This document shows positions 10,648 through 20,776 of a stretch of 64,000 bases of DNA, one piece after another (within the stretch, counting starts at the first letter, position 1; every line of letters starts with the position of its first letter). Origin of the DNA: Thauera sp. Its GTDB lineage: Bacteria > Pseudomonadota > Gammaproteobacteria > Burkholderiales > Rhodocyclaceae. The notes beneath the pieces are model-generated. The model had not been told where the DNA came from. It made no database searches and was given only the letters and a program-made list of their open reading frames with translations. The DNA lies in the NCBI GenBank assembly GCA_035433105.1, contig DAORUJ010000002.1, forward strand, positions 4,769 to 68,768. The letters are read 5' to 3'. A program made the translations under genes and the position numbers.

Positions 10648-11415
10648 ATGAGCCAGCAAGACCACATCCTGATTGTCGACGACGATCGCGACATCCGCGG
10701 CCTGCTCGCCGACTACCTAGAGAAGCAGGGGCTGCGCTGCACCACGGCGGCGGACGGCCGCGAGATGAAGACGGCGCTGGAGCAGCACCGCATCGACCTC
10801 ATCGTGCTCGACATCATGATGCCGGGCGAAGACGGGCTGACCCTGTGCCGCAACCTGCGGGCAGCGGGCGGGCCGCCGGCGAACACGCCGATCCTGATGC
10901 TGACGGCGCGCGGTGACGACATGGATCGCATCCTCGGGCTCGAGATGGGTGCCGATGATTACCTGACGAAACCCTTCGTCCCGCGCGAGCTATACGCCCG
11001 CATCCGCGCCGTGCTGCGCCGCACCCGTGCGCTGCCGCCCAACCTCGACGCCGCCCCGCTGGCCCATGCACGTGAACTCCACTTTGCCCAGTGGCGGCTG
11101 GACACCATCAACCGCCACCTGATCGACGCCACCGGCATCGCTGTCGCCCTGTCGGGTGCGGAATATCGCATGTTGTCGATTTTCCTGTCGCACCCACAAA
11201 AGGTGTTGTCGCGCGACCAGTTGATGGAACTGATACAGGGTCGCGAAGCAGACATCTTCGACCGCTCGATCGACCTCCAGGTCAGCCGCCTGCGCCAGCG
11301 CCTTGGCGACAATGCCCGGGAGCCCTCGATCATCAAGACCGTGCGTAACGAAGGCTACGTGCTTGCCACCAATGTCAGCGTGGTCACACCGGACACTTCG
11401 CGGGGCACCTCATGA
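10648..11415 (+). CDS. OmpR/PhoB family response regulator
   Basis: Receiver domain (VDDD, LDIMMPG, GADDYLTKPF) plus winged helix (DRSIDLQVSRLR, KTVRNEGY). Confidence 0.95.
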   Translation: MSQQDHILIVDDDRDIRGLLADYLEKQGLRCTTAADGREMKTALEQHRIDLIVLDIMMPGEDGLTLCRNLRAAGGPPANTPILMLTARGDDMDRILGLEMGADDYLTKPFVPRELYARIRAVLRRTRALPPNLDAAPLAHARELHFAQWRLDTINRHLIDATGIAVALSGAEYRMLSIFLSHPQKVLSRDQLMELIQGREADIFDRSIDLQVSRLRQRLGDNAREPSIIKTVRNEGYVLATNVSVVTPDTSRGTS

Positions 11416-12749
11416 CACTGCCCTGGCCTCGCAGCCTGTTCGCGCGCCTGATGCTGATCCTGCTGGTCGGCATCCTGATCGTGATTGCGGCCAGCCTTGC
11501 CCTCTTCGTCGGCGAGCGCGAACGTATCGGCCGCGCTGCCTTGTTCGACAGTGTGGCGCAGGAGATTGCGGCAACGGCGGACGTACTCGACCATCTCAGC
11601 GCAGCCGAGCGCGAACGCTGGATCGACGAGCTCGGCCGCCGACGCCTGCGTCTCGCCCTGCGCCCCCCCTCCGAACGCTTGCAAGCCCTGCCCGACAGTC
11701 ACCCGCTGCCCGCCGCCTTGCGCGCCGCAATGCCAGGCCGCAGCACCGTGGCCTATACGCACGAGCGCCCGGGCATGCGGCACGCAGTCATCGTCGCACT
11801 TGTAAACCTTGCCGACGGTACCCCCTTGCAGGTTCGCCTGCCCGGCATTCCCCCAACGCCTCATATCGGCCCACCCGAGCCCGGACGCCTGCTTGCGGCC
11901 CTCGCGGCCCTGGTCGGTGGCGTCGGGCTGTTGACCTGGTTCGCCGTGCGACTCGCGACCCGCCCGCTGTCGCGCATGGCCGACGCCGCCCGCGCCCTCG
12001 GCGAAGACCCCGATCGCGCACCGATGGACATTCGCGGTCCGACCGAAGTCAGCCAGGCGGCCCAGGCTTTCAATCAGATGCAGCAGCGTATCCGCGAACA
12101 CGTCAGCGAGCGCACGCGTATTCTCGCGGCGATCTCCCACGATTTGCAGACGCCGATCACGCGTCTGCGCCTGCGTGCGGAACTCGTCGATGACGAAGAC
12201 CTGCGTGCACGCATCCAGGGCGATCTCGACGGCATGCAGGCACTGGTCAGGGAGGGGCTCGCCTATGCACGCAGCCTGAACGAGGCGACGCCCGCACAGC
12301 CGATCGACCTCGACAGCCTGCTCGAAGCCTTGTGCGACGATGCGCGGGACATGGGCTGGACGCTGAGCCTGAGCGGGCGGGTCGGCACGCCCTTGCACGC
12401 ACAACCCACGGCCGTGCGACGCGCACTATGGAACCTGATCGAAAACGGGGTGAAGTTCGGCGGCGACGTCGGGATCATCGTCAGCACCAAACCGGACGTG
12501 ATCGAGATCCGCATCCGTGACCATGGCCCCGGCCTGCCGGAGAGCGAGCTCGAAAAGGTATTCGAGCCCTTCTACCGGCTGGAAACCTCGCGCAACCGGG
12601 AAACCGGCGGCACCGGCCTGGGTTTGGCCATCACCCGGAACCTGCTGCGCCGCCAGCATGGTTCGATCCGACTGCGCAATCACCCCGACGGCGGTCTGGA
12701 AGCCATCGTTTTAATGCCACGCTTTGGGGCCCACGCGCACGTGCCGTGA
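11412..12749 (+). CDS. Sensor histidine kinase (HAMP, HisKA, HATPase_c)
   Basis: Two TM segments, AAISHDLQTP H-box, NLIENG, DHGPG, GTGLGL. Confidence 0.95.
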   Translation: MTLPWPRSLFARLMLILLVGILIVIAASLALFVGERERIGRAALFDSVAQEIAATADVLDHLSAAERERWIDELGRRRLRLALRPPSERLQALPDSHPLPAALRAAMPGRSTVAYTHERPGMRHAVIVALVNLADGTPLQVRLPGIPPTPHIGPPEPGRLLAALAALVGGVGLLTWFAVRLATRPLSRMADAARALGEDPDRAPMDIRGPTEVSQAAQAFNQMQQRIREHVSERTRILAAISHDLQTPITRLRLRAELVDDEDLRARIQGDLDGMQALVREGLAYARSLNEATPAQPIDLDSLLEALCDDARDMGWTLSLSGRVGTPLHAQPTAVRRALWNLIENGVKFGGDVGIIVSTKPDVIEIRIRDHGPGLPESELEKVFEPFYRLETSRNRETGGTGLGLAITRNLLRRQHGSIRLRNHPDGGLEAIVLMPRFGAHAHVP

Positions 12750-12837
12750 AGGTGCTCGCTGCCGACAAGGATTCGACGCTCCGGCACCGGCCTGTGATTC
12801 AATACCGTCCCGTATCGCTGCGCCGCGACATCACATC

Positions 12838-13680
12838 ATGCCTGCCTTCTGGATGCTTGTTTCCTGCCTGTTGTTCGCTGTCATGGGGGTGTGCGTCAAG
12901 ATTGCCTCGGAGACGTTCTCAACCGCGGAAGTAGTGCTGTACCGCGGTGCGGTCAGCATGCTGATGATGGTCAGTCTCGCCCGCGCCCGGAGCATTTCGC
13001 TGCGCACGCCGCACTGGCGCATGCATGTTTCGCGCAGCCTGTCGGGCTCGATCGCCCTGAGCTGCTATTTCTTCGCGATCGGCATCCTGCCGCTCGCCAC
13101 TGCAGTCACACTCAACTACACCTCGCCGATCTTCGTCGCGCTGCTGCTCGCCCTAGTTTTCCGGGAACAGCTACGCTGGCCCGCCTTGTTATCGATCGTC
13201 ATTGGTTTTGGCGGCGTCATGCTGCTGCTGCGCCCCACCCTGGCGGCCGACCAGTGGCTGGGCGCGGTCGTGGGCCTGAGCTCGGGCGCCATCGCCAGCG
13301 TGGCCTATGTCAGCGTGCGCGAGCTGGGTCGACTGGGGGAGCCCGAGGTCCGCACCGTATTCTGGTTTGCTCTGGTCACCACGCTGTTCGGCCTGGCGTG
13401 GTCGCTGCCTTCCGGCCCCCATATGCCGACTGTGCACGAGTTCTTCGTGCTGCTGGGCGTCGGGGTCTTCGGTGGCCTCGCCCAGCTGGCAATGACCCGT
13501 TCATACCGCTACGGCCACACCCTGGTGTCTGCCAACCTCAGTTACGCCACCGTCGTGTTCGCCAGTCTGTTCGGTGCAGTGCTGTGGAACGAAATCATGC
13601 CGTGGTCGAGCTGGCTGGCCATTGCACTGATCGTCTCCAGCGCGATCATGATCTCCTTGCGCACCCGTCGCAGCGCCTGA
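12838..13680 (+). CDS. DMT/EamA family transporter
   Basis: About 10 hydrophobic segments in two EamA-like repeats (LNYTSPIF..REQL; GLAQLAMTRSY). Confidence 0.85.
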   Translation: MPAFWMLVSCLLFAVMGVCVKIASETFSTAEVVLYRGAVSMLMMVSLARARSISLRTPHWRMHVSRSLSGSIALSCYFFAIGILPLATAVTLNYTSPIFVALLLALVFREQLRWPALLSIVIGFGGVMLLLRPTLAADQWLGAVVGLSSGAIASVAYVSVRELGRLGEPEVRTVFWFALVTTLFGLAWSLPSGPHMPTVHEFFVLLGVGVFGGLAQLAMTRSYRYGHTLVSANLSYATVVFASLFGAVLWNEIMPWSSWLAIALIVSSAIMISLRTRRSA

Positions 13681-13759
13681 TTCGACATGCGGGCGATTGA
13701 GCCGGATCGGGGCGAGGGCTATAGTGGGAGCCACCCAGTCAGGCAACACGGAGGCCATC

Positions 13760-14131
13760 ATGATCAACATCGAACACCGCGACAATCTGGTCGCAGTCAC
13801 CGTATTCGGTGAATTCACGCTGGCCGACTACAAGGAGTTCGAGGAGCTGGTCAAATACAAGATCCAGTTCTCTGGCCAGCTCGACCTGCTTTTCGATCTG
13901 CGCGAGATGGCCGGCTTCACGCTGGACGTTGCCTGGGAGGAAATCAAGTTTTCACGCCAGCACGCCCACGATTTCCGCCGCATCGCGGTGGTGACCGACG
14001 ATCAATGGCTGACCTGGAGCGCCTGGGTGTCGCAGCTGTTCGTCACCGCGGAAGTGCAGGTGTTCGACGACGAGAACGAGGCGCGCGGCTGGCTGCAAAG
14101 TGCCGGGGCCAGCAGCGCCGCCGGCGTATGA
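13760..14131 (+). CDS. SpoIIAA-like (STAS/SEC14) protein
   Basis: GEFTLADY, FRRIAVVTD..W and VQVFD..EARGWL pattern; GGAGG RBS. Confidence 0.75.
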   Translation: MINIEHRDNLVAVTVFGEFTLADYKEFEELVKYKIQFSGQLDLLFDLREMAGFTLDVAWEEIKFSRQHAHDFRRIAVVTDDQWLTWSAWVSQLFVTAEVQVFDDENEARGWLQSAGASSAAGV

Positions 14132-14178
14132 GTCAGTCCCGCCTGAAACAGGGTCGTGATGGCGGGCTATCCGCTGAG

Positions 14179-14991
14179 CTACCAGTCGACTTTCTCAACC
14201 TGGCCGAGCGAGCGGCCAAGGAAGCGTTCGCCAATGGTCTGGAAACGTAGCGGCACGTCGCTGACGACAAACCGGTAGTCAGCCGCCGCGCCGCCGCTGC
14301 GTGTCAGGCCCGCCTGCTGCAAACGCTGGGCGGCCAACTCGGCGGTGGTAACCGCCGAGTCGATCAGCCGTATCGCAGGCCCCACCACGTCGCGTAGCAA
14401 GGGCTTCAGCAGCGGGTAGTGCGTGCACCCCAGAACCAGACTGTCGACCTCCTCGGCGAGCACCGGACGCAAATACTCCTGGGCCGTCAGCCGCGTCACC
14501 GGATGGTCCAGCCAGCCCTCCTCCACCAACGGCACGAACAAGGGGCAGGCCTGTGAATAGACCCGAACCGACGGATCGAGCTCATGCATGCGCCGCGCGT
14601 AGGCGTTGCTATTGATGGTCGTGGGGGTGCCAATCACGCCGATGCGCCGGCCGCTTGAGCTCGACACCGCAGCGCGCGCCCCCGCCTCGATCACGTCCAG
14701 TACCGGAATGTCACGCGCCAGCCGATGAACGACGTCCACCGCGACTGCCGCCATGGTGTTGCAGGCGATGATCAGCATCTTCACATCGCGCTGCAGCAGG
14801 TAATCGGTGATCTGCGCGGTAAAGTGCTCGATCGTCGCCACCGACTTCACCCCATAGGGCACCCGCGCCGTGTCGCCGAAGTAGACGATGCTCTCCAGCG
14901 GCAGGCGCTCCATCAGCGCACGCACCACAGTCAGCCCACCGACCCCGGAATCGAACACGCCGATCGGGCGGGCGGCTTCGGCGGCGCTCAT
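14179..14991 (-). CDS. murI: Glutamate racemase
   Basis: IGVFDSGVGG, DTARVPYG, IACNT, LGCTHYP. Confidence 0.96.
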   Translation of the reverse strand: MSAAEAARPIGVFDSGVGGLTVVRALMERLPLESIVYFGDTARVPYGVKSVATIEHFTAQITDYLLQRDVKMLIIACNTMAAVAVDVVHRLARDIPVLDVIEAGARAAVSSSSGRRIGVIGTPTTINSNAYARRMHELDPSVRVYSQACPLFVPLVEEGWLDHPVTRLTAQEYLRPVLAEEVDSLVLGCTHYPLLKPLLRDVVGPAIRLIDSAVTTAELAAQRLQQAGLTRSGGAAADYRFVVSDVPLRFQTIGERFLGRSLGQVEKVDW

Positions 14992-15022
14992 TTCAGGCCA
15001 CCACACACACAGCGTTCGCCAG

Positions 15023-16222
15023 TCAAGCCAGCACCACCGAAGCAAACTTGCGTTTGCCGACCTGCAGCACCACCTTCCCACCAGCGCACAGCAGCAGGCC
15101 CTTGTCATCGGCACGTTCGCCATTAAGCCGCACCGCGCCCTGTTCGATCATGCGCATCGCCTCGGATGTGCTGCCGGTCAGGCCGGCCTGCTTCAGCACC
15201 TGGAACAGGACCATACCGTCCGGACCAACCGTGACATTGACCTCGGGCATGTCATCGGGCATGGCGTTACGCTGGAAGCGTGCCTCGAAGTCGGCCAGCG
15301 CCTCTTCTGCGGCGCGCGCACCATGAAAGCGTGCCACCAGTTCCTGCGCCAGCATCACCTTGACGTCACGCGGATTGCGCCCGCCCTCGACGTCCTGCTT
15401 CAGGCCTTCGATCTCGAGGGTGGAACGGAAGGACAACAACTCGTAGTAGCGCCACATGAGCGTATCGGACACCGACATCGTCTTGCCGAAGATCTCCTTC
15501 GGCGCCTCGGAGATACCAATGTAGTTGCCGAGCGACTTCGACATCTTGTTGACGCCGTCCAGTCCCTCTAGCAGCGGCATCATCACCACGCACTGCGGAT
15601 GCTGACCATAGTGCTTCTGCAACTCACGCCCCATGAGCAGGTTGAAGCGCTGATCGGTGCCGCCAAGCTCGACGTCGGCCTTCATCGCCACCGAGTCATA
15701 GCCCTGACACAGCGGGTACAGGAACTCGTGGATCGCAATCGGCTGGTTCGTGCCATAACGCTTGGCAAAATCATCGCGCTCCAGCATGCGCGCCACGGTC
15801 TGGTGTGAAGCCAGGCGGATCATGCCAGCCGAGCCGAGTCCTTCCATCCAGCTCGAGTTGAAACATATCTCGGTCTTTTCGGAGTCAAGTATCTTGAACA
15901 CCTGATCCTGGTAGGTCTGGGCGTTCTCCATGATCTGCTCGCGGGACAGCGGCGGACGTGTGGCGTTCTTGCCGCTGGGGTCGCCGATCATGCCGGTGAA
16001 GTCGCCGATCAGGAACAGGATCTGATGCCCGAGCTCCTGAAAGTGGCGCAGCTTGTTGATCAGCACAGTATGGCCGAGATGCAGATCAGGGGCGGTAGGA
16101 TCAAACCCCGCCTTCACCCGCAGGGGCCGCCCGGTATTGAGGCGCTCGACCAGTTCAGCCTCAAGCAACAGGGCATCAGTGCCACGTTTGATCAGCTCGA
16201 CGGCCGCCGGAACATCAGTCAT
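15023..16222 (-). CDS. tyrS: Tyrosine--tRNA ligase
   Basis: [13 protein letters not shown] (HIGH), KMSKS, C-terminal S4-like domain. Confidence 0.98.
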   Translation of the reverse strand: MTDVPAAVELIKRGTDALLLEAELVERLNTGRPLRVKAGFDPTAPDLHLGHTVLINKLRHFQELGHQILFLIGDFTGMIGDPSGKNATRPPLSREQIMENAQTYQDQVFKILDSEKTEICFNSSWMEGLGSAGMIRLASHQTVARMLERDDFAKRYGTNQPIAIHEFLYPLCQGYDSVAMKADVELGGTDQRFNLLMGRELQKHYGQHPQCVVMMPLLEGLDGVNKMSKSLGNYIGISEAPKEIFGKTMSVSDTLMWRYYELLSFRSTLEIEGLKQDVEGGRNPRDVKVMLAQELVARFHGARAAEEALADFEARFQRNAMPDDMPEVNVTVGPDGMVLFQVLKQAGLTGSTSEAMRMIEQGAVRLNGERADDKGLLLCAGGKVVLQVGKRKFASVVLA

Positions 16223-16310
16223 TCAATTTCTCCAAAAATACCTCTCCGATCGCAGGGCTAACTTTGTTAGACTTGCGAAAGTTTTTTGCCCATTCAGGCC
16301 CAGTGAGCTC

Positions 16311-17636
16311 ATGCAGGCGAGAAAGACCCAAATTCTAGCCGAACTACCGGCACAACTCCTTAAGCGCCCGCGCACATGGCTGCTGGCGGGCGTCGTCAGC
16401 GCATCCTTGATGGGCGTCGTTGCCGCGACCGCCGTCGCACCAGGCAGTGACACGGCCGGCATCATCGTGCGCCCGGTGATCGAGACCCTGCCCACGCCCA
16501 GTATTGCGATCGAGTCTGAAAACGATCTGCCCTTCGTACACCACGAGCGCATCCAGCCCGGCGACACGCTGCAATCGCTGTTCCGGCGCTTGCGTGTGGA
16601 CGACAGCGAGGCGCTGGCCTTCCTGTCGGGCTCGGACGAGGGCAAACGGGCGATCCGTCAGTTGCGCGCGGGCCGGACGGTCATGGCCATGGTGCACAGC
16701 AATGGTCGCCTCGCCTCATTCAGCCTGCCCATGGGTAACGCTGAGCAGCGCCTGCTGCTCGAGCGTGACGACAAGGCCGGACTGCAGTTGCGCGAATCCG
16801 AAGGCGCACTGCAGAGCACGCTCGTCGAGATGCGCTCGGGCGTGATCCGCAGCTCACTCTATGGCGCCACGGATGAAGCCGGCATCCCCGACAGCGTCGC
16901 CACTCAGATGGCCGAGATCTTCGGCACGGAAATCGACTTCCACACCGATCTGCGCAAGGACGACCGCTTCAACGTCATCTACGAGGCCATCTACGAAGAT
17001 GGCAATGCGGTGCGCGCAGGACGTATTCTGGCTGCCGAGTTCATCAATCAGGGCAGACGTCACGCGGTTGTGCTGTATCGCAGCCCGAGCGGCAAGGATC
17101 AGTACTTTACCGACGACGGCCGCAGCCTGCGTCAGGGCTTCCTGCGCTCACCGCTGGAATTCACGCGCATCAGCTCCAGCTTTGGTCGCCGACTTCATCC
17201 CATCAAGAACAACTGGCGCGACCACAAGGGCACCGACTTCGCTGCGGCGACCGGCACGCCGGTCAAAGCCACTTCAGACGGCGTCATCGACTTCGCTGCC
17301 ACCCAGCGCGGCTATGGCAACATCGTCGTCCTGAAACACCGCGGCAATATCTCGACCGCCTACGCTCACCTGAACGGTTTTGCCAAAGGCATGCGCAAGG
17401 GCACCGAAGTCAGCCAGGGTGACATCATTGGCTACGTCGGCATGACCGGATGGTCCACCGGTCCGCACCTGCACTACGAAGTCCGCTTCAACAATGTGGC
17501 GCAAAATCCGATGACGGTTCAGCTGCCCATGGCGGATGCCCTGAGCCCCAAGGAACTTACGGCCTTCTTTCGCGACACGTCCGAACTGCGCAACAGATTT
17601 GCCCTGCTCAACTATGAGCTTGCAAGCGCGGACTGA
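16311..17636 (+). CDS. M23 family peptidoglycan DD-metalloendopeptidase (MepM/OapA-like)
   Basis: N-terminal TM, HKGTDFAA (HxxxD), YAHL, TGPHLHYE; divergent from tyrS. Confidence 0.92.
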   Translation: MQARKTQILAELPAQLLKRPRTWLLAGVVSASLMGVVAATAVAPGSDTAGIIVRPVIETLPTPSIAIESENDLPFVHHERIQPGDTLQSLFRRLRVDDSEALAFLSGSDEGKRAIRQLRAGRTVMAMVHSNGRLASFSLPMGNAEQRLLLERDDKAGLQLRESEGALQSTLVEMRSGVIRSSLYGATDEAGIPDSVATQMAEIFGTEIDFHTDLRKDDRFNVIYEAIYEDGNAVRAGRILAAEFINQGRRHAVVLYRSPSGKDQYFTDDGRSLRQGFLRSPLEFTRISSSFGRRLHPIKNNWRDHKGTDFAAATGTPVKATSDGVIDFAATQRGYGNIVVLKHRGNISTAYAHLNGFAKGMRKGTEVSQGDIIGYVGMTGWSTGPHLHYEVRFNNVAQNPMTVQLPMADALSPKELTAFFRDTSELRNRFALLNYELASAD

Positions 17637-17669
17637 TTCGACTCAGGCTAAGCCGCGGCCATCAAGCCG

Positions 17670-17711
17670 CGCAATAAAACAGGGGCGCCGCGGCGCCCCT
17701 GTTTTATTGCG
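17670..17711. terminator. Bidirectional terminator (perfect 42-bp palindrome)
   Basis: CGCAATAAAACAGGGGCGCCG|CGGCGCCCCTGTTTTATTGCG between convergent genes. Confidence 0.85.
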
Positions 17712-17722
17712 TTCAAGCGGTC

Positions 17723-18073
17723 TCAGGCCGAAAAAGACGAGCCGCAACCGCAGGTACTGGTGGCATTCGGATTGCGAATCACGAACTGCGAGCCCTCAAG
17801 ACCTTCGGTGTAGTCAATTTCCGCGCCAAGCAGGTACTGGTAGCTCATCGGATCAATCAGCAGCGTAACGCCGTTCTTCTCGTAGGCAGTATCGTCTTCG
17901 TTCACTTCTTCATCGAAGGTGAAGCCATACTGGAAACCCGAGCAGCCGCCGCCGCTGACGAATACGCGCAACTTCAGGTCAGGATTGCCTTCCTCTTCGA
18001 TCAGCTCACGCACCTTGTTGGCGGCGTTGTCCGTGAAGACGAGGATGTCGGGGGTTTCGACTTCTGCGCTCAT
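17723..18073 (-). CDS. erpA: Iron-sulfur cluster insertion protein ErpA
   Basis: [11 protein letters not shown] and [14 protein letters not shown]. Confidence 0.96.
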   Translation of the reverse strand: MSAEVETPDILVFTDNAANKVRELIEEEGNPDLKLRVFVSGGGCSGFQYGFTFDEEVNEDDTAYEKNGVTLLIDPMSYQYLLGAEIDYTEGLEGSQFVIRNPNATSTCGCGSSFSA

Positions 18074-18166
18074 GATTCTTCCTCTGTTGGGGTCTGCGGC
18101 GAATGATGCTTCATCCGTCCGTCAATCGTCAAAGTCTGGGATCGTGTTACGGCCGGGAGGTTCCCG

Positions 18167-19204
18167 TCAAGGGCTGACCGGCACGATATCCAGCCCGGCC
18201 TCTTCATCAAGACCGAACATGATGTTGAGGTTCTGCACCGCCTGCCCCGCCGCTCCCTTGACGAGGTTGTCGATGACCGACAGCACAACGATGGTGTCAC
18301 CGCCTTGCGGGCGATGCACGGCAATACGGCACAGGTTGGATGCACGCACCGAACGCGTTTCCGGATGGCTGCCCGCCGGCATCACGTCGACGAAGGGCTC
18401 GCCGGCGTAGCGCTTCTCGAACAGCGCCTGCAGGTCGGGCAGTTCTACACCCGCCTTGATGCGTCCGTACAGCGTTGCATGAATGCCACGGATCATTGGC
18501 GTCAGATGTGGCACGAAGGTCAGGCCGACCACCTGGCCAGCCACCCGGGACAATCCCTGGCGAATCTCCGGCAAGTGTCGGTGACCCGATACACCATAGG
18601 CCTTGAAGCTGTCTGCCGCCTCGGGTAGCAGCGTATGCACCTCGGCCTTGCGACCAGCACCGGATACGCCCGACTTGGCATCGGCAATGAGGTGATCGGT
18701 ATCGACCAGCCCCGCCTCGACCAATGGCAGGAAGCCGAGCTGGACAGCCGTCGGGTAGCAGCCCGGATTGGCGAGCACGCGTGCGCCGCGGATCTGCTCG
18801 CGGTAAAGTTCGGGCAGCCCGTACACCGCCTCGGCGACCAGTTCGGGGGCAGCATGCTGCATGCCGTACCACTTCTGCCATTCGGCGATATCGCGGATGC
18901 GGAAATCGGCTGCCAGGTCGATCACACGCACACCGGCGGCAACGAGCTCGGCAGCTTGCTGCATCGCAATCCCATTGGGCGTGGCAAAGAACACTGCATC
19001 GCAAGCCTCAAGCCGTGCTTCCTGAGGCGTGACGAACTTCAAGCCGACACGCCCCCGTAGACTAGGGAACATGTCCGCGACCGGCAGGCCGGCATCACCA
19101 CGCGAAGTAATTGCCACCAGCTCGACCTCGGGGTGACGCGAAAGCAGGCGCAACAACTCCACGCCTGTGTAACCGGTACCCCCAACAACCCCAACCTTGA
19201 TCAT
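18167..19204 (-). CDS. argC: N-acetyl-gamma-glutamyl-phosphate reductase
   Basis: [33 protein letters not shown]. Confidence 0.97.
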   Translation of the reverse strand: MIKVGVVGGTGYTGVELLRLLSRHPEVELVAITSRGDAGLPVADMFPSLRGRVGLKFVTPQEARLEACDAVFFATPNGIAMQQAAELVAAGVRVIDLAADFRIRDIAEWQKWYGMQHAAPELVAEAVYGLPELYREQIRGARVLANPGCYPTAVQLGFLPLVEAGLVDTDHLIADAKSGVSGAGRKAEVHTLLPEAADSFKAYGVSGHRHLPEIRQGLSRVAGQVVGLTFVPHLTPMIRGIHATLYGRIKAGVELPDLQALFEKRYAGEPFVDVMPAGSHPETRSVRASNLCRIAVHRPQGGDTIVVLSVIDNLVKGAAGQAVQNLNIMFGLDEEAGLDIVPVSP

Positions 19205-19369
19205 CTCGCTTCCTTTATTGCGCTCAGGACACGGCGACAATTATCGCATCCTCACGCGGCAAACGGCCGTGAGGGCAATGGGACAGAGCACCATCGGCCA
19301 GATCGCAGCCACGCCCGCAAAAGCAAAAAGCCGCCCCTGAGGACGGCTTCCGAATGCAGCACCAAAAGC

Positions 19370-19762
19370 TTAACGCTTGGAGAACTGCTTCGCGCGACGT
19401 GCCTTGCGCAGGCCGACTTTCTTCCGTTCGACCTCACGTGCATCACGCGTGATGAAGCCAGCGGTACGCAGCTCGCCCTTCAGCTCGGCGTTGTACTCAA
19501 CCAGCGCACGGGTGATGCCGTGACGCACAGCGCCAGCCTGGCCCGATTCGCCGCCACCGATCACGTTTACCATGATGTCGAACTTGTCGACATTGCCGGT
19601 CAGGACCAGCGGCTGGCGCACGATCATGCGACCGGTTTCACGCGAGAAAAACTCATCCACCGGCTTGCCATTGACGACGATATTGCCGGTGCCCGGCTTC
19701 ATGAACACGCGGGCAACAGCAGTCTTGCGACGACCGGTTCCGTAGTTGTAAGTCACAGCCAT
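19370..19762 (-). CDS. rpsI: 30S ribosomal protein S9
   Basis: [23 protein letters not shown]-terminal QFSKR. Confidence 0.98.
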   Translation of the reverse strand: MAVTYNYGTGRRKTAVARVFMKPGTGNIVVNGKPVDEFFSRETGRMIVRQPLVLTGNVDKFDIMVNVIGGGESGQAGAVRHGITRALVEYNAELKGELRTAGFITRDAREVERKKVGLRKARRAKQFSKR

Positions 19763-19775
19763 TTAACGGCTCCTG

Positions 19776-20204
19776 TCAGATCTCGAGAATTTGCGGCTGC
19801 TGAGCGGTATGCGGATGCGACGGACCCGCGTAGCACTTCAGCTTCTTCAGCATGGCGTAGCCCAACGGGCCCTTCGGCAGCATGCCCTTCACCGCTTTCT
19901 CGAGCACGCGCTCGGGGAAACGCTGCTGGAGCTTGGTGAAGTTGGTTTCGTAAATACCGCCCGGATAACCCGAGTGACGGTAGTACTTCTTGTCTTGCGC
20001 CTTGTTTCCGGTGACGCGCAGCTTCTCGACGTTCACGACGACGATGAAGTCCCCGGTATCGACGTGCGGCGTGTAAATGGGCTTGTGCTTGCCGCGCAGA
20101 CGGCGAGCGACTTCAGCTGCGAGACGGCCAAGCACCTTGTCCGTGCCGTCGACAACGAACCAGTCGCGCTTGACCTCGTGCGGCTTGGCAGAAAACGTCT
20201 TCAT
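19776..20204 (-). CDS. rplM: 50S ribosomal protein L13
   Basis: [31 protein letters not shown]. Confidence 0.98.
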   Translation of the reverse strand: MKTFSAKPHEVKRDWFVVDGTDKVLGRLAAEVARRLRGKHKPIYTPHVDTGDFIVVVNVEKLRVTGNKAQDKKYYRHSGYPGGIYETNFTKLQQRFPERVLEKAVKGMLPKGPLGYAMLKKLKCYAGPSHPHTAQQPQILEI

Positions 20205-20318
20205 TTGAAACCTCGATTTTTGTCAGGCCGGATATGCGGGCCGTCAAACGGAAAGCTCGCAATCTTAATGAGATCAGTGCTTGCGTGTCAATCATTAAGA
20301 CACGCAAGCTGCACAGAT

Positions 20319-20427
20319 AAAAAAAACGCAGCCCGCGAGGACTGCGTTAAATCCACACCAAAGGAGGAGGGTGGAGGAGACACCATTTGGATCGGCGCAT
20401 CGTTGTGTCCGCGTCAGCGATCCGACT
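20319..20427 (-). ncRNA. Putative CU-rich trans-acting sRNA (resembles betaproteobacterial double-hairpin/'toxic' sRNAs)
   Basis: Sigma70-like promoter TTGCGC-N17-GATAAT (20463-20435), 5' stem, GUCUCCUCCACCCUCCUCCUUU tract, terminator AACGCAGUCC-UCGC-GGGCUGCGUU plus U-run; no credible ORF. Confidence 0.7.
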
Positions 20428-20468
20428 GGGTTGCATTATCCAGATACTCACGAGCTCGCGCAAGCACA

Positions 20469-20489
20469 TTATTGTGCGCTGCACAATAA
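20469..20489. promoter_or_regulatory. Palindromic TGC-N3-GCA operator (PhaR/AniA-type) next to the sRNA -35
   Basis: TTATTGTGC-GCT-GCACAATAA, perfect 9-bp arms. Confidence 0.55.
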
Positions 20490-20776
20490 ATGTTTTGATT
20501 TTGCTATAAGTCACGTTTATTTAAAACCAACTTATTGTTTTATATCAATTTTAATAACCCTTCACTCCACCCTGACAACGAAATCCCTACGCCGCCACCC
20601 ATGATTTTGGTGCACCGCATGAATACGGAGCCGTATTGACTCCGAAAACTGCTCCCAATGGCGGCTCGCGGCACATCTGCACCCGCAGCTCATGCCCGAA
20701 TGCACTCCGGTAGAATCCGCACGCCCCCAACTCAGTGCAGCGAACAGATCGCCGCCTCAAAAAGGAGACAGAACAC

